In this document: piece after piece, positions 1 to 8,948 of the stretch
Position numbering within the stretch: the stretch's first letter is position 1
Layout of the letters: each line of letters opens with the position of its first letter
Assembly: GCA_016713245.1 (NCBI GenBank)
Contig: JADJPM010000001.1
Span: 1,679,076 to 1,743,075 of the forward strand
Source of the DNA: Verrucomicrobiaceae bacterium
GTDB lineage: Bacteria > Verrucomicrobiota > Verrucomicrobiia > Verrucomicrobiales > Verrucomicrobiaceae
Length of the DNA stretch: 64,000 bases
Reading direction: 5' to 3'
Notes under the pieces: generated by a model
Told to the model about the DNA's origin: nothing
Databases searched by the model: none
Seen by the model: only the letters and a program-made list of their open reading frames with translations
Translations under genes and position numbers: made by a program

Positions 1-113
1 GCCGCAGAGGTGCCGAGAACGATCCATGAAACGAGTTTGATCACAATAGTGATCTACTACGCCATCACGAGATGTGCCTTTGCTTGCTAGCCAAAGTTCC
101 AGAGAAGCAGAAA

Positions 114-893
114 CTATTCTCCGCCTTGGACGGCGACCTTCTCACCGACTTCCTGATCACCCGAGATAGGCCAGAAGGCCTCCATGTTGAGTAGGTTCGG
201 AGGATTCATCTTCCATGCCTTGCCATCCTTGATGCCCACACCTTGATAGGTGATCGGCATGAGCGTCACGCAGAGGCGGTCATGATCAAACTTCTGCACA
301 TGAAGCGCAGCGGCGAAGCTGTTCTTCTTATCGAGTGTGATCTTGTCGCCCACTTGGCAGGGATCTGCCGCCTCCTTGAGTCCTGGGAGGACGATTTCCA
401 CATCCACATCTTCGAGTTCTACCGAGCGAGCTCGGATGACCCAGCCTTCGGTGATCACATCGGCGGAAGAAAGGGGACGGGTATTGAGCACCTGATACTC
501 CCCGGTGACGTAGATGGGCTGCTCCTGCTTGTAGTTACGGATGTAAGCCCGCTTGAGCATGTCGTTCTTCACAGCGAGCTGCTCATGTGAAAATGCAAAA
601 AATTCAGCGAGCAAATCGCGAGATGGTAAAAACTTCCCACCTGGGACCGAGTACTTCGAGAAGGGGCGGATGGGATCGAGTTTATCAAATTTCGCGAGAA
701 CACGATAATTAAAGGGCTTCTCGGGGTGCGAGAAGACCATAATGCTAAAGAACCAACAGAAAGTGGCCACTCCCATCAGGAACGTGATCAAAATGGTCCA
801 CCAAAAGATTCCCCCGGAATCTTTCTTTTTTGAGAAGCTACCCCCGCCGTAAGAGCGGTACTCGCTTCCATCACTCAAAAATCGAATATGCAT
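114..893 (-). CDS. Hypothetical membrane-anchored protein
   Basis: 259-aa ORF with one N-terminal hydrophobic helix (IFWWTILITFLMGVATFCWFFSIMVF); divergent from 1221 across an AT-rich intergenic region. Confidence 0.75.
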   Translation of the reverse strand: MHIRFLSDGSEYRSYGGGSFSKKKDSGGIFWWTILITFLMGVATFCWFFSIMVFSHPEKPFNYRVLAKFDKLDPIRPFSKYSVPGGKFLPSRDLLAEFFAFSHEQLAVKNDMLKRAYIRNYKQEQPIYVTGEYQVLNTRPLSSADVITEGWVIRARSVELEDVDVEIVLPGLKEAADPCQVGDKITLDKKNSFAAALHVQKFDHDRLCVTLMPITYQGVGIKDGKAWKMNPPNLLNMEAFWPISGDQEVGEKVAVQGGE

Positions 894-1220
894 GGCAAAT
901 CTGCGAAGATTTTTATAAAAACTGGATTAAGACTGCTTAAATTCTACAAGACTACGGCTATTTGAAAAGAAATTTTTGTGAACAACTGGCTTTTGAGGAA
1001 TTCAGAGCGGCGGCGACCCGGATAGCAGAAAACCGGCCACTTTGAGGTCACAATCTAGCACCCCATCATACGGCGGCGATCGGACGGGCTATATCATCCG
1101 CCTCAAAGAAGCCAAACAATGCATAGCGATGAATTTTTCGCGAACGAACGATTGACAAAGGAATGAAGATCCTTCGGCGGAAAAGAGCAGCCGAGTATCA
1201 CCGATATAAAGATCGCCCCC

Positions 1221-3302
1221 ATGAATGATCTATCCCCACTGCTCCATCGTCGTGAATTCTTTGCCCAGAGCGTTTTCACCGCGCTTGGATGCGCTGTCGG
1301 CTCGACGAACTCTCCAGTGCTGGCTCAAACCGATTCAAAGCCTGTCCAAGTATCGACGTTAGATACGCTAAACCGCTTTCCGCGAATGATGCAGGACTGG
1401 CTCGTCACCGAGGTGCGAGCTGCGGAAGCACGCGGGAATGTGAGACGGGCGAAATTGAACACGAAGGCCGATGCCGAGGCCTATGTGAAATCAGTGCAGG
1501 AACGCATTCGCGTGAGCTTTGGGCCATTCCCTGAGAAAACGGCGCTGAATGCCAAGGTCACGCGTGTGCTGGATCGCGATGCTTACCGCATCGAAAATAT
1601 CCATTTCGAGAGCCGACCTGGTTTCATCGTCACGGGAAATCTCTATCTCCCGACGAACACCCAAAGCAAGGTCTCCGGCGTGATCGGCGTGTGCGGCCAC
1701 TCGCTCAATGGCAAGGCGGCGGAGGCGTATCAAAGCTTTGCGCAAGGTCTCGCACGGCAGGGCATGGCGTGCTTCTTGATCGACCCCGCAGGCCAGGGCG
1801 AGCGATTTCAGTATTTGAATGAGAAACTCGGTTCGCGCCTCAGCGGCGGCACGACGGAGCACAATCAAATGGGCAATCCCATGCTGCTCGTGGGCGAGTT
1901 TCTCGGCGCGTGGTTCGCGTGGGATGCCATTCGGGCGCTCGATTACTTGCTGACGCGGCCTGAGATCGACGAGCGGCACATCGGTGTCACCGGAAACTCC
2001 GGCGGTGGCACGCAGACGACATGGTTGTGCGGTTTGGAGCCACGTTTCACGATGGGGGCGCCATCGTGCTTTGTGACCACCTTTCGACGCGATGCCGAAA
2101 ACGAACTGCCTCAGGACAACGAACAGTGTCCACCCCGCGTTTTGGCCTTCGATCTCGATCATTGTGACTTCCTTGCCGCGATGGCACCAAAGCCGGTGAT
2201 CATCATGGCGCAGGAAAAAGATTACTTCGATGCCCGTGGCAGCGCGGAGACCTACGAGCGGTTGAAGAAGCTCTACACCTTACTCGGCAAGCCGGAGAAC
2301 ATCGCGCTGCACACGGGCCCCGATCCGCATGGCTACTCGCAACCGAACCGCGAGGCGATGTATCGCTTCTTTGGCAAGGCCACTGGCCTCAAAATGGCTG
2401 ATGTCGAGCCAGCGATCATGATCGAGAAGGATGCGGATCTCCAATGCACGCCCCGAGGCCAAGTTGGTTCGATGGGCAGCCGCACGTTGATGTCGTTCAC
2501 GAAGGAGAAAGCTGAGTCGCTGGCCTCAAAGCGTCGCCAACTCGATCTCAACGTCGTGCGTGACGTGTTGAAACTGCCACCGATGCCAAAAACCGCGCCC
2601 GATTACCGCATCCTGCGAAGCGCGGGCAATCGCAAATATCCCGCGAAGGCCTACTGCACCTACGCGGTCGAGACCGAGCCGGAGGTGCATGCGTTGGTCA
2701 CGCGCTTGAGCGAGGAAGCGCTCACCTCCCGCCTGCCGCGTGGTTTAAAAAGGGCTGTGCTCTACATCTCCCATCACTCGGCGGATGCAGAACTGCGTGA
2801 CGAACCACTCGTGCAGGAGCTCCTTACCACCTCGTCGGACGCGGCGTTCTTCGCCTGTGATGTGCGCGGCATCGGCGATTCGCAGCCGGATACCTGCGGT
2901 GTGAACCAGTTTCTCGCTCGTTACGGCAGCCACTACTTCTACGCGGCCTACAGCTTCATGCTCGACCGCCCGCTGCTTGGCCAGCGCACGAATGATGTGC
3001 TGCGTGTGGTGCAATTGCTTGCCGCCGCAGGCCATGAGGAAATTCACCTCGTCGGGAATGGTTGGGGCGCCTTGCCAGCGGCGTTTGCCGCGCTGCTTTC
3101 ACCTGCGGTGAAGCAGGTGACACTGAAGCATGCGCTCACCTCCTTCCACGAGCTTGCCATCCATGAGGACCAGCAATGGCCGTATGCCACGATGCTGCGC
3201 GATGTGCTGGCGAGTTTTGACCTGCCGGAATGCTACGCGCAGCTCGCGGCGAAGAATCTCCGTCAAATCGAGCCCTGGGGCGCGGCGGACGGCATGAAGT
3301 AA
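1221..3302 (+). CDS. Tat-exported alpha/beta-hydrolase (acetylxylan esterase/glucuronoyl esterase-like, two hydrolase domains)
   Basis: RREFF twin-arginine motif; nucleophile elbow GVTGNSGGG; CGHS and second domain HLVGNGWG. Confidence 0.8.
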   Translation: MNDLSPLLHRREFFAQSVFTALGCAVGSTNSPVLAQTDSKPVQVSTLDTLNRFPRMMQDWLVTEVRAAEARGNVRRAKLNTKADAEAYVKSVQERIRVSFGPFPEKTALNAKVTRVLDRDAYRIENIHFESRPGFIVTGNLYLPTNTQSKVSGVIGVCGHSLNGKAAEAYQSFAQGLARQGMACFLIDPAGQGERFQYLNEKLGSRLSGGTTEHNQMGNPMLLVGEFLGAWFAWDAIRALDYLLTRPEIDERHIGVTGNSGGGTQTTWLCGLEPRFTMGAPSCFVTTFRRDAENELPQDNEQCPPRVLAFDLDHCDFLAAMAPKPVIIMAQEKDYFDARGSAETYERLKKLYTLLGKPENIALHTGPDPHGYSQPNREAMYRFFGKATGLKMADVEPAIMIEKDADLQCTPRGQVGSMGSRTLMSFTKEKAESLASKRRQLDLNVVRDVLKLPPMPKTAPDYRILRSAGNRKYPAKAYCTYAVETEPEVHALVTRLSEEALTSRLPRGLKRAVLYISHHSADAELRDEPLVQELLTTSSDAAFFACDVRGIGDSQPDTCGVNQFLARYGSHYFYAAYSFMLDRPLLGQRTNDVLRVVQLLAAAGHEEIHLVGNGWGALPAAFAALLSPAVKQVTLKHALTSFHELAIHEDQQWPYATMLRDVLASFDLPECYAQLAAKNLRQIEPWGAADGMK

Positions 3303-3345
3303 TCCACAACGCTTGCCTGCCACGCCGCAGCGCGTAGGAACGCGG

Positions 3346-4137
3346 ATGGATGAAACCTACCAGCAACGATTTGGCGGCATGGCGCGGCTCTATGGCGTGG
3401 CAGCTCTGCCACGGCTCGCGGCGGCGCATGTGGCGGTCGTGGGCGTCGGCGGTGTTGGCTCGTGGGTGGTGGAAGCGCTGGCACGCAGCGGTATCGGCCA
3501 GCTCACGTTGATTGACATGGATGACGTGTGCATCACGAACACGAACCGCCAACTCCCCGCACTCGCGGCCACCGTCGGCATTCCGAAGGTCGAGGTGCTG
3601 GCCCGGCGTGTGGTGGAAATCAATCCAGACTGCCGCGTGAACCGCGTGATCGAGTTTTTGACCGAATCGAATGCGAATCGCCTGGTCGATGGTGGCTTTG
3701 ATTACGTCGTCGACGCCATCGACCGCACCTCGATCAAGGCGTTGATCATTGCGAAGTGCGTACAGCGCGGCCTTCCCGTCATCACCAGTGGCTCCGCAGG
3801 CGGACGACGCGATGCCACGGCGCTGAAGCTGGCCGATCTCGGCTTTGCTGGAACCGATCCACTTCTCAAAGGCACTCGGCAGATCTTGCGACGTGATTTT
3901 GGCTTCGCGAAGAGCCTCGAAGGCCGTCCGATGGCGTTTGGCGTGCCGTGTGTGTTTTCTACCGAGCGAGCCATTTACCCTCAAGCCGACGGCTCCTGCA
4001 AACTCGAGCCCCAAGAAGGAACGGAAGTCGGCTTGAGGCTCGATTGCGCTGCGGGTTTCGGCGCGGCGACATTTGTCACCGGCACGTTTGGATTCGTGCT
4101 GGCCGGTGAAGTGGTGCGCAAACTCAGCGGCGTGTGA
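3346..4137 (+). CDS. tcdA: tRNA threonylcarbamoyladenosine dehydratase (ThiF/E1-like)
   Basis: RFGGMARLYG, VVGVGGVGSW, LIDMDDVCITNTNRQL, VFSTE and GFGAATFVTGTFG motifs. Confidence 0.9.
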   Translation: MDETYQQRFGGMARLYGVAALPRLAAAHVAVVGVGGVGSWVVEALARSGIGQLTLIDMDDVCITNTNRQLPALAATVGIPKVEVLARRVVEINPDCRVNRVIEFLTESNANRLVDGGFDYVVDAIDRTSIKALIIAKCVQRGLPVITSGSAGGRRDATALKLADLGFAGTDPLLKGTRQILRRDFGFAKSLEGRPMAFGVPCVFSTERAIYPQADGSCKLEPQEGTEVGLRLDCAAGFGAATFVTGTFGFVLAGEVVRKLSGV

Positions 4138-4985
4138 TGGATATGGCTGAGACGACCCGCTTTGCCCCAAGCCCCACCGGATGGCTGCACCTCGGTCATG
4201 CCTACGCGGCTCTTTTGCCGCTAAACAAGCGGATCGCAGACGCTTCTTGATTCGTCTGGAGGACATCGATGCCACGCGAGCACGGCCAGAGTATGAAGAA
4301 GCCATTTTTGAGGACCTGGCTTGGCTAGGCCTTTCATGGGAAAAACCGGTGCGCAGACAAAGCGATCACTTTGAAGACTATCGAGCCGCCTTGGGCCAGT
4401 TGGAGACCAAAGGGCCTGCTTTACCCATGCTTTTGCACGCGACGCGAAATCCAGGATGAGATCGCCAGAGCTGGAAACGCGCCGCAAGGTCCCGATGGGC
4501 CGCTTTATCCAGGCACCTGTCGGCATCTCGATGCAGATGAACGTCAAAACGACTCGTCAGCGGTGACGCCTATGCCCTGCGGCTCGATGTGACCCAAGCG
4601 CTGCAACTCATCGACACCCCGCTGACCTTCACCGAGCTCTCTCGCGGTGAAATCACCGCCGATCCGACGATCTTTGGCGATGTCGTGCTCGCCCGCAAAG
4701 ACACCCCTGCGAGCTATCACCTCGCCGTCGTCGTGGATGATGCGCTCCAAGGCATCTCGCTCGTCACGCGTGGCGAGGACCTGATGCCCGCCACGCACCT
4801 TCACCGTCTGCTTCAGCATCTTCTCAGCCTTCCTGTGCCCCGCTGGCATCATCACCGCCTCATCACCGATGAATCCGGCAAACGTCTCGCCAAACGTGAT
4901 GACGCCCGTTCGCCTCCGCAGCCTGCGCGAGGCTGGCTGGACGCCGGAGCGAGTGCGCGAGGAGTTGGGAATTCCGATTTGGTGA
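4137..4985 (+). pseudogene. gluQ: tRNA glutamyl-Q(34) synthetase GluQRS, split by about 4 single-base frameshifts (probably sequencing errors)
   Basis: Joined frames read TRFAPSPTGWLHLGH, FLIRLEDID, YPCFCTR, YPGTCR, SYHLAVVVDDALQGISLVTRGEDL, GKRLAKRD; shifts near 4218, 4415, 4545 and 4912. Confidence 0.85.
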
Positions 4986-5032
4986 AAACCTCGCTGTTCT
5001 GCGGTGGCCTCTGTGGTAAACCAGTCTCCACA

Positions 5033-6647
5033 ATGCACTCAACTGCCGTCTCCATTTTCAACGACGTCATCGGTCCCGTGATGCGTGGTCCGTCCAGCTC
5101 GCACTGCGCCGCCGCGCTGCGCATCGGCCGGCTGGCGCGGGATTTGATGGAGGGCGAAATCAGTGAGGTGCTCGTCGAGTTCGACCGCGCAGGCTCGCTG
5201 CCGACCACCCACGAGAGCCAAGGCAGCGACATGGGCCTCTTTGGCGGCCTCCTCGGCTGGGACGCCGATGACGAGCGTCTGCCAAACTCCGCGCAAGCTC
5301 TCGCCGATGCTGGCATCAAGCTCCGCATCGAAACCGTCGACGTCGGCGATCCGCATCCGAACACCTACCGCCTCACACTGAAGAACACGCGTGAAACGCA
5401 CACCCTCATCGCCATCTCGACCGGTGGCGGCATGATCGAAGTCATCGAGATCGACGGCGTGCCGCTGCACATGGACGGCGGGTATCACGAGACGTTGATT
5501 TGGGAAAGTGGCTGCGACTTTAGTCGCATTCAGGAATGATTCGGCTAAAGCCGAAACCACTTTCTCAGAAGACAAAGTCATCATCCACGAACTCGCTGAC
5601 AAACAGCTCACCCAAGTCAAAGCCGCCACTTTTGTCCCCTCCGTCCTTTTGGTCCCTTTAGGCCCTCTTTCGGTCAAAAAGCTTTCTCCCGTGCTTCCCG
5701 TCCCTTCCCGCAAAAACCTCCAGGTGCCCTTCACGAGCTGCGCCGACATGCTTGCCCACGACGGAGCCCAAAACACGCCTCTTTGGCAGCTCGCCATCGA
5801 GTATGAGCGTGCTCGCGGAAACTTCACCGAGGAGGAAGTCATCGCGAAGATGACCGATATCGTCCGCATCCTGCGCAAATCCATCGCCAGCGGCATCGCG
5901 GGCACGAGTTACGAAGATCGCGTGCTGCATCATCAAAGCGGGCGCTTTGCCGAAATGATGAAAGCGGGCCGTTTGCTCGATGGCGGAGCCTTGAACCGCA
6001 TCATCCTCTATGTCACCTCCATCATGGAAGTGAAGAGCAGCATGGGCGTCATCGTGGCCGCGCCGACAGCAGGGGCTTGTGCGGCGCTGCCAGGCGCGGT
6101 GATCGCGATGTCGGAGGAAATGGGCAAGGACGAGACCGAAATGGCCAAAGCGATGCTCGCTGCCGGATTGATCGGTGTTTTCATTGCCACGCGATGGACC
6201 TTTGCGGCGGAAGTGGGCGGTTGTCAGGCCGAAGGCGGTTCCGCAGCCTGCATGGCCGCCGCCGCGCTCGTCACACTCGCGGACGGCACACGGGATCAGG
6301 CCATCGCGGCGGCTTCGATGGCGTTTCAGAGCATGCTCGGCCTCATTTGCGATCCCATCGCGAATCGCGTCGAAGCGCCGTGCCTCGGCAAAAACGTCAT
6401 GGCAGCCTCGAACGCCCTTTCCTGCGCAAACATGGCCCTCGCCGGCTACGATCCGCTCATCCCGCTCGATGAAGTCATCGACGCCGCCAAAGCCGTCTCC
6501 GAACGCATGCCTCGCGAGCATCGCTGCACCTCCCTCGGCGGCCTCGCCGTCACCCCGACCTCCCTCGAAATCGAAAAACGCCAGCCGCGATCACGGCGTC
6601 AAAGTCATGCCCCGGCAGCAGACGCGGCTGCACATCGATCGCGATGA
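5033..6647 (+). CDS. sdaA: L-serine dehydratase (Fe-S type), beta and alpha domains fused; one frameshift near 5500, 3' end uncertain
   Basis: SIFNDVIGPVMRGPSSSHC (beta) and GVIVAAPTAGAC, AAEVGGCQAE, LGLICDPIANRVEAPC (alpha) motifs. Confidence 0.85.
5505..5563. repeat. REP-like inverted doublet inside the serine dehydratase interdomain linker
   Basis: AAAGTGGC-TGCGAC-TTTA-GTCGCA ... TTCGGC-TAAA-GCCGAA-ACCACTTT; same family as 12741-12802. Confidence 0.75.
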
Positions 6648-7305
6648 TCGACTCGTCCGGCGCACGGATGAAATTGCGATCATGCGTGTCCGCAAGCTGC
6701 ACGCCATCGCCGCGTTCCCACAGCATCAACGTGTCGTTGTAGGCAAAGCCAAGCGCATGCAGCAAGCCGTGGATTTCCTCCTCCGTCGGAATGAATCGCA
6801 CCGGATGCGGCTGGATGAAGGGCTGCGAGGTCACAATGCTCAGACCGCCCGGCCGCTTCCACATGCCCTCAAAGCGAACGTCATCACCGAAGATTCGATT
6901 GCTCAGCCGCAGCCTGCGCAAGTATCCCGCCGGCGTGTAGTAACCGAATTGCCCGAAACCGGCCTCGCCGGGGAAAGTGGACTTCCAAAACCTCGTGCCA
7001 CCACCAGCATGAAACACCTCATGCTCTCGCCCGGATTTTCCGAACGCACGGCTTGGGAGATCGCGCTCCTTCAGAGCACAGCCGCTGCTTTTTGCAAAGC
7101 TCGCGAGGGCTTCAAACTGGGCGGCGACTCGGGCTTCCCACTCGGCAACCGGATCCCGTGGCTGACCCACATTTGCCATTCGGCGGCTTGGTGGAGAAGG
7201 TCGATGTCCCGCTGCGAGAGCGGCTTGTTCTGCTTCTGCAAGGTCCATATCCGTTGCGCCTCCTCGAGGGGGATCGGTTGGGGGACGTCTGAGTTCATGG
7301 CGCAT
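6550..7305 (-). CDS. Standalone Ser/Thr/Tyr kinase of the polyvalent-protein type (Kinase-PolyVal-like); start uncertain
   Basis: SGREHEV, YLRRLRLSNRIFGDDVRFEG, IVTSQPFI, LADTHDRNFI and IIAID motifs typical of that kinase family. Confidence 0.65.
   Translation of the reverse strand: MRHELRRPPTDPPRGGATDMDLAEAEQAALAAGHRPSPPSRRMANVGQPRDPVAEWEARVAAQFEALASFAKSSGCALKERDLPSRAFGKSGREHEVFHAGGGTRFWKSTFPGEAGFGQFGYYTPAGYLRRLRLSNRIFGDDVRFEGMWKRPGGLSIVTSQPFIQPHPVRFIPTEEEIHGLLHALGFAYNDTLMLWERGDGVQLADTHDRNFIRAPDESIIAIDVQPRLLPGHDFDAVIAAGVFRFRGRSG
7071..7298 (-). CDS. Possible 75-aa protein overlapping the kinase 5' region in another frame
   Basis: MNSDVPQPIPLEEAQRIWTLQKQ..., helical-looking; ATG lies 5 nt after a TTGCCG-N17-CAAAAT promoter-like motif. 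Confidence 0.35.
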   Translation of the reverse strand: MNSDVPQPIPLEEAQRIWTLQKQNKPLSQRDIDLLHQAAEWQMWVSHGIRLPSGKPESPPSLKPSRALQKAAAVL

Positions 7306-7332
7306 TTTGCCCGACAGATTCCCGCCCGGCAA
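7304..7332 (-). promoter_or_regulatory. Candidate sigma70 promoter
   Basis: TTGCCG-17 nt-CAAAAT on the minus strand. Confidence 0.35.
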
Positions 7333-7516
7333 CCCCTTGTTTCATTCTGATTTCACTCACCCGACTGCTCATGCTCTTCGTCATCCGCATGATCAGCCGA
7401 GCCCGAATCCGCGAGGTTAATCGAACCACGAGAAGAAATCTGTTCAAAAACATCTTGCGTTTCGGCAACGACTTGTGAGCATCTATTCCCCTATGCATTT
7501 AGGGGCCGCCATCTTA

Positions 7517-7544
7517 CACAGCGCACAGCGCACAGCGCACAGCG
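7517..7544. repeat. Heptamer tandem repeat (CACAGCG)x4
   Basis: Four exact copies. Confidence 0.9.
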
Positions 7545-7590
7545 CGTGTAGCGGCTCGCGGACCCTCAAAGTGGGCGTTTTTCAAGGTTT

Positions 7591-7863
7591 TCAGGAGCTT
7601 CCCTCACGAAAAGGGACGATTCCCTCGCTCTCAGGGAGCTTTACCTCAGCGGGAGGGATTCGCGTCATGAGACGCGGGATTCATCCCCAACTCTCAGGGA
7701 ACGTTCCCTCGGCCCGAGGGAACGCTCCCTCACCGTTAGGGATTGTCACCTCAACCCGAGGGATTCCTCCCCACCTCCAGCAGGAACTTCCCTCGGCGTC
7801 AGGGATTCTTACCTTTTCTCCAGGGATGCATCCCTCAGCGCGGAAAGAGGCTCCCTTTTCCAA
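7591..7863. repeat. Array of 13 degenerate 21-bp units with palindromic core AGGGA-N4-TCCCT(C)
   Basis: Strict 21-bp period with no indels; e.g. agggacgattccctcgctctc, agggaacgttccctcggcccg, agggaacgctccctcaccgtt, agggatgcatccctcagcgcg. Confidence 0.9.
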
Positions 7864-7934
7864 ATCTCCTCTTCTCCCCCTCTCCCAGTCTTCTCGTCTG
7901 GCATATCACACTATCACCCGGAGGGCCGCCTGAC

Positions 7935-8738
7935 ATGCCCTGGGACCAAGGAAGCTGGGACAGCCAGTCCTGGGACTCTGATTCACTCAACTCCACATCC
8001 ACCACCAAGAAGAAAACGCCTATGACCCGCCAAGCCTATTACCCCGTCCGCATCGCCGATCAGATCCTCTGGTTGGAAAACCTCCGCAACAAGTTCGCCG
8101 GGCACGCCCCCACGCTCGGCATCTCCACCGCCAAGTGCGAGGCCGCCATCGCCGATGCCCGCTGGCTCGTCTATACCCTCGGCTCCTGGCTGCCCGCCGT
8201 GCGGGATTGGCAAAAAGCCTGCACCGCCGCTGCCGAGCAGGCCCAGAGCGGCACCGGAGCCGCCGCGCTCGTGCTCCCCGTCTTCGTCCCACCCGCGCTG
8301 CCCGCCGCCGCCGGAGGTCAGCCCGCCGTCGTCGCCCGTCCCCCTGGAGCCCTCGACCGCATCTTCGATACCGTGGGCGACATCAAATCCAGCGACACCT
8401 ACACCGACGCCATCGGCCAAGACCTCGGCATTATCGGCGCAGGCAAGACCGCTCCTGACCTCGCCACCCTCCAGCCCGTGCTGAAAGTCAGCCTCGCAGG
8501 CAACAAAGTGGAACTCGACTGGAGCTGGCAGGGCAACAGCGCCTACCTCGACCAGTGCGAAATCCAAGTGGATCGCGGCAGCGGCTACCAAGTCCTCACC
8601 TTCGACACCACCCCCGGCTACACCGACAGCACCCCGTTCCCTGCCACGCCCACGAAATGGAAATACCGCGCCATCTACCGCGTGGACGACCAACAAGTCG
8701 GCCAATGGAGCGCAGAGGTGAGCATCACTGTTGGTTAA
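7935..8738 (+). CDS. Hypothetical protein: helical N-domain plus C-terminal FN3/Ig-like beta-sandwich (alternative start 8022)
   Basis: C-terminus VELDWSWQG..CEIQVDRG..YTDSTP..WKYRAIYRVDDQQVGQWSAEVSITV resembles FN3 folds; strongly biased codon usage. Confidence 0.8.
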   Translation: MPWDQGSWDSQSWDSDSLNSTSTTKKKTPMTRQAYYPVRIADQILWLENLRNKFAGHAPTLGISTAKCEAAIADARWLVYTLGSWLPAVRDWQKACTAAAEQAQSGTGAAALVLPVFVPPALPAAAGGQPAVVARPPGALDRIFDTVGDIKSSDTYTDAIGQDLGIIGAGKTAPDLATLQPVLKVSLAGNKVELDWSWQGNSAYLDQCEIQVDRGSGYQVLTFDTTPGYTDSTPFPATPTKWKYRAIYRVDDQQVGQWSAEVSITVG

Positions 8739-8790
8739 TTTCCACAACTCCGCCTTCATCATGCTCTCCTCCCTTCGTCACCTCATCCAC

Positions 8791-8907
8791 ATGGCCCTGC
8801 GCAAATGGAAGTGCTGCAAATGTGGCAGCCACCACGAGTTCACCCGCGACTCCTGCACCTGTGGTCACAAACGCTGTAGCGGCTGTGCAGCCAGTTATGG
8901 CTGGTGA
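8791..8907 (+). CDS. 38-aa Cys/His-rich microprotein (putative zinc finger); not in ORF track; alternative start 8761
   Basis: MALRKWKCCKCGSHHEFTRDSCTCGHKRCSGCAASYGW*, 7 Cys and 3 His. Confidence 0.65.
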   Translation: MALRKWKCCKCGSHHEFTRDSCTCGHKRCSGCAASYGW

Positions 8908-8948
8908 TTTCGTTAGCATCACGATCCAAACCCAAACAACCAACAACC

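Noticed and set aside
1-113. Possible minus-strand gene start running off the window (VIKLVSWIVLGTSAA)
   Set aside because: Too short to support a call.
894-1220. Riboswitch or ncRNA in the divergent intergenic region
   Set aside because: AT-rich promoter-like DNA; no recognisable RNA family motif.
4137-4985. Programmed frameshifting in gluQ
   Set aside because: Four independent shifts, no consistent slippery site or stimulator, and similar breaks across unrelated genes.
7295-7498. Short ORFs between the kinase and the heptamer repeat
   Set aside because: No recognisable motifs; the most protein-like frame (..DHADDEEHEQSGE*) has no in-frame start.
7591-7863. CRISPR array or TIGR-type guide array
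   Set aside because: Period is only 21 bp, variable parts are 4 and about 6 nt, and no cas or Nop-domain gene is recognisable in the window.
7475-7933. 152-aa ORF through the array as a heptad-repeat protein
   Set aside because: Residues vary freely except where dictated by the DNA palindrome, and there is no convincing start context. Not called, though not formally excluded.
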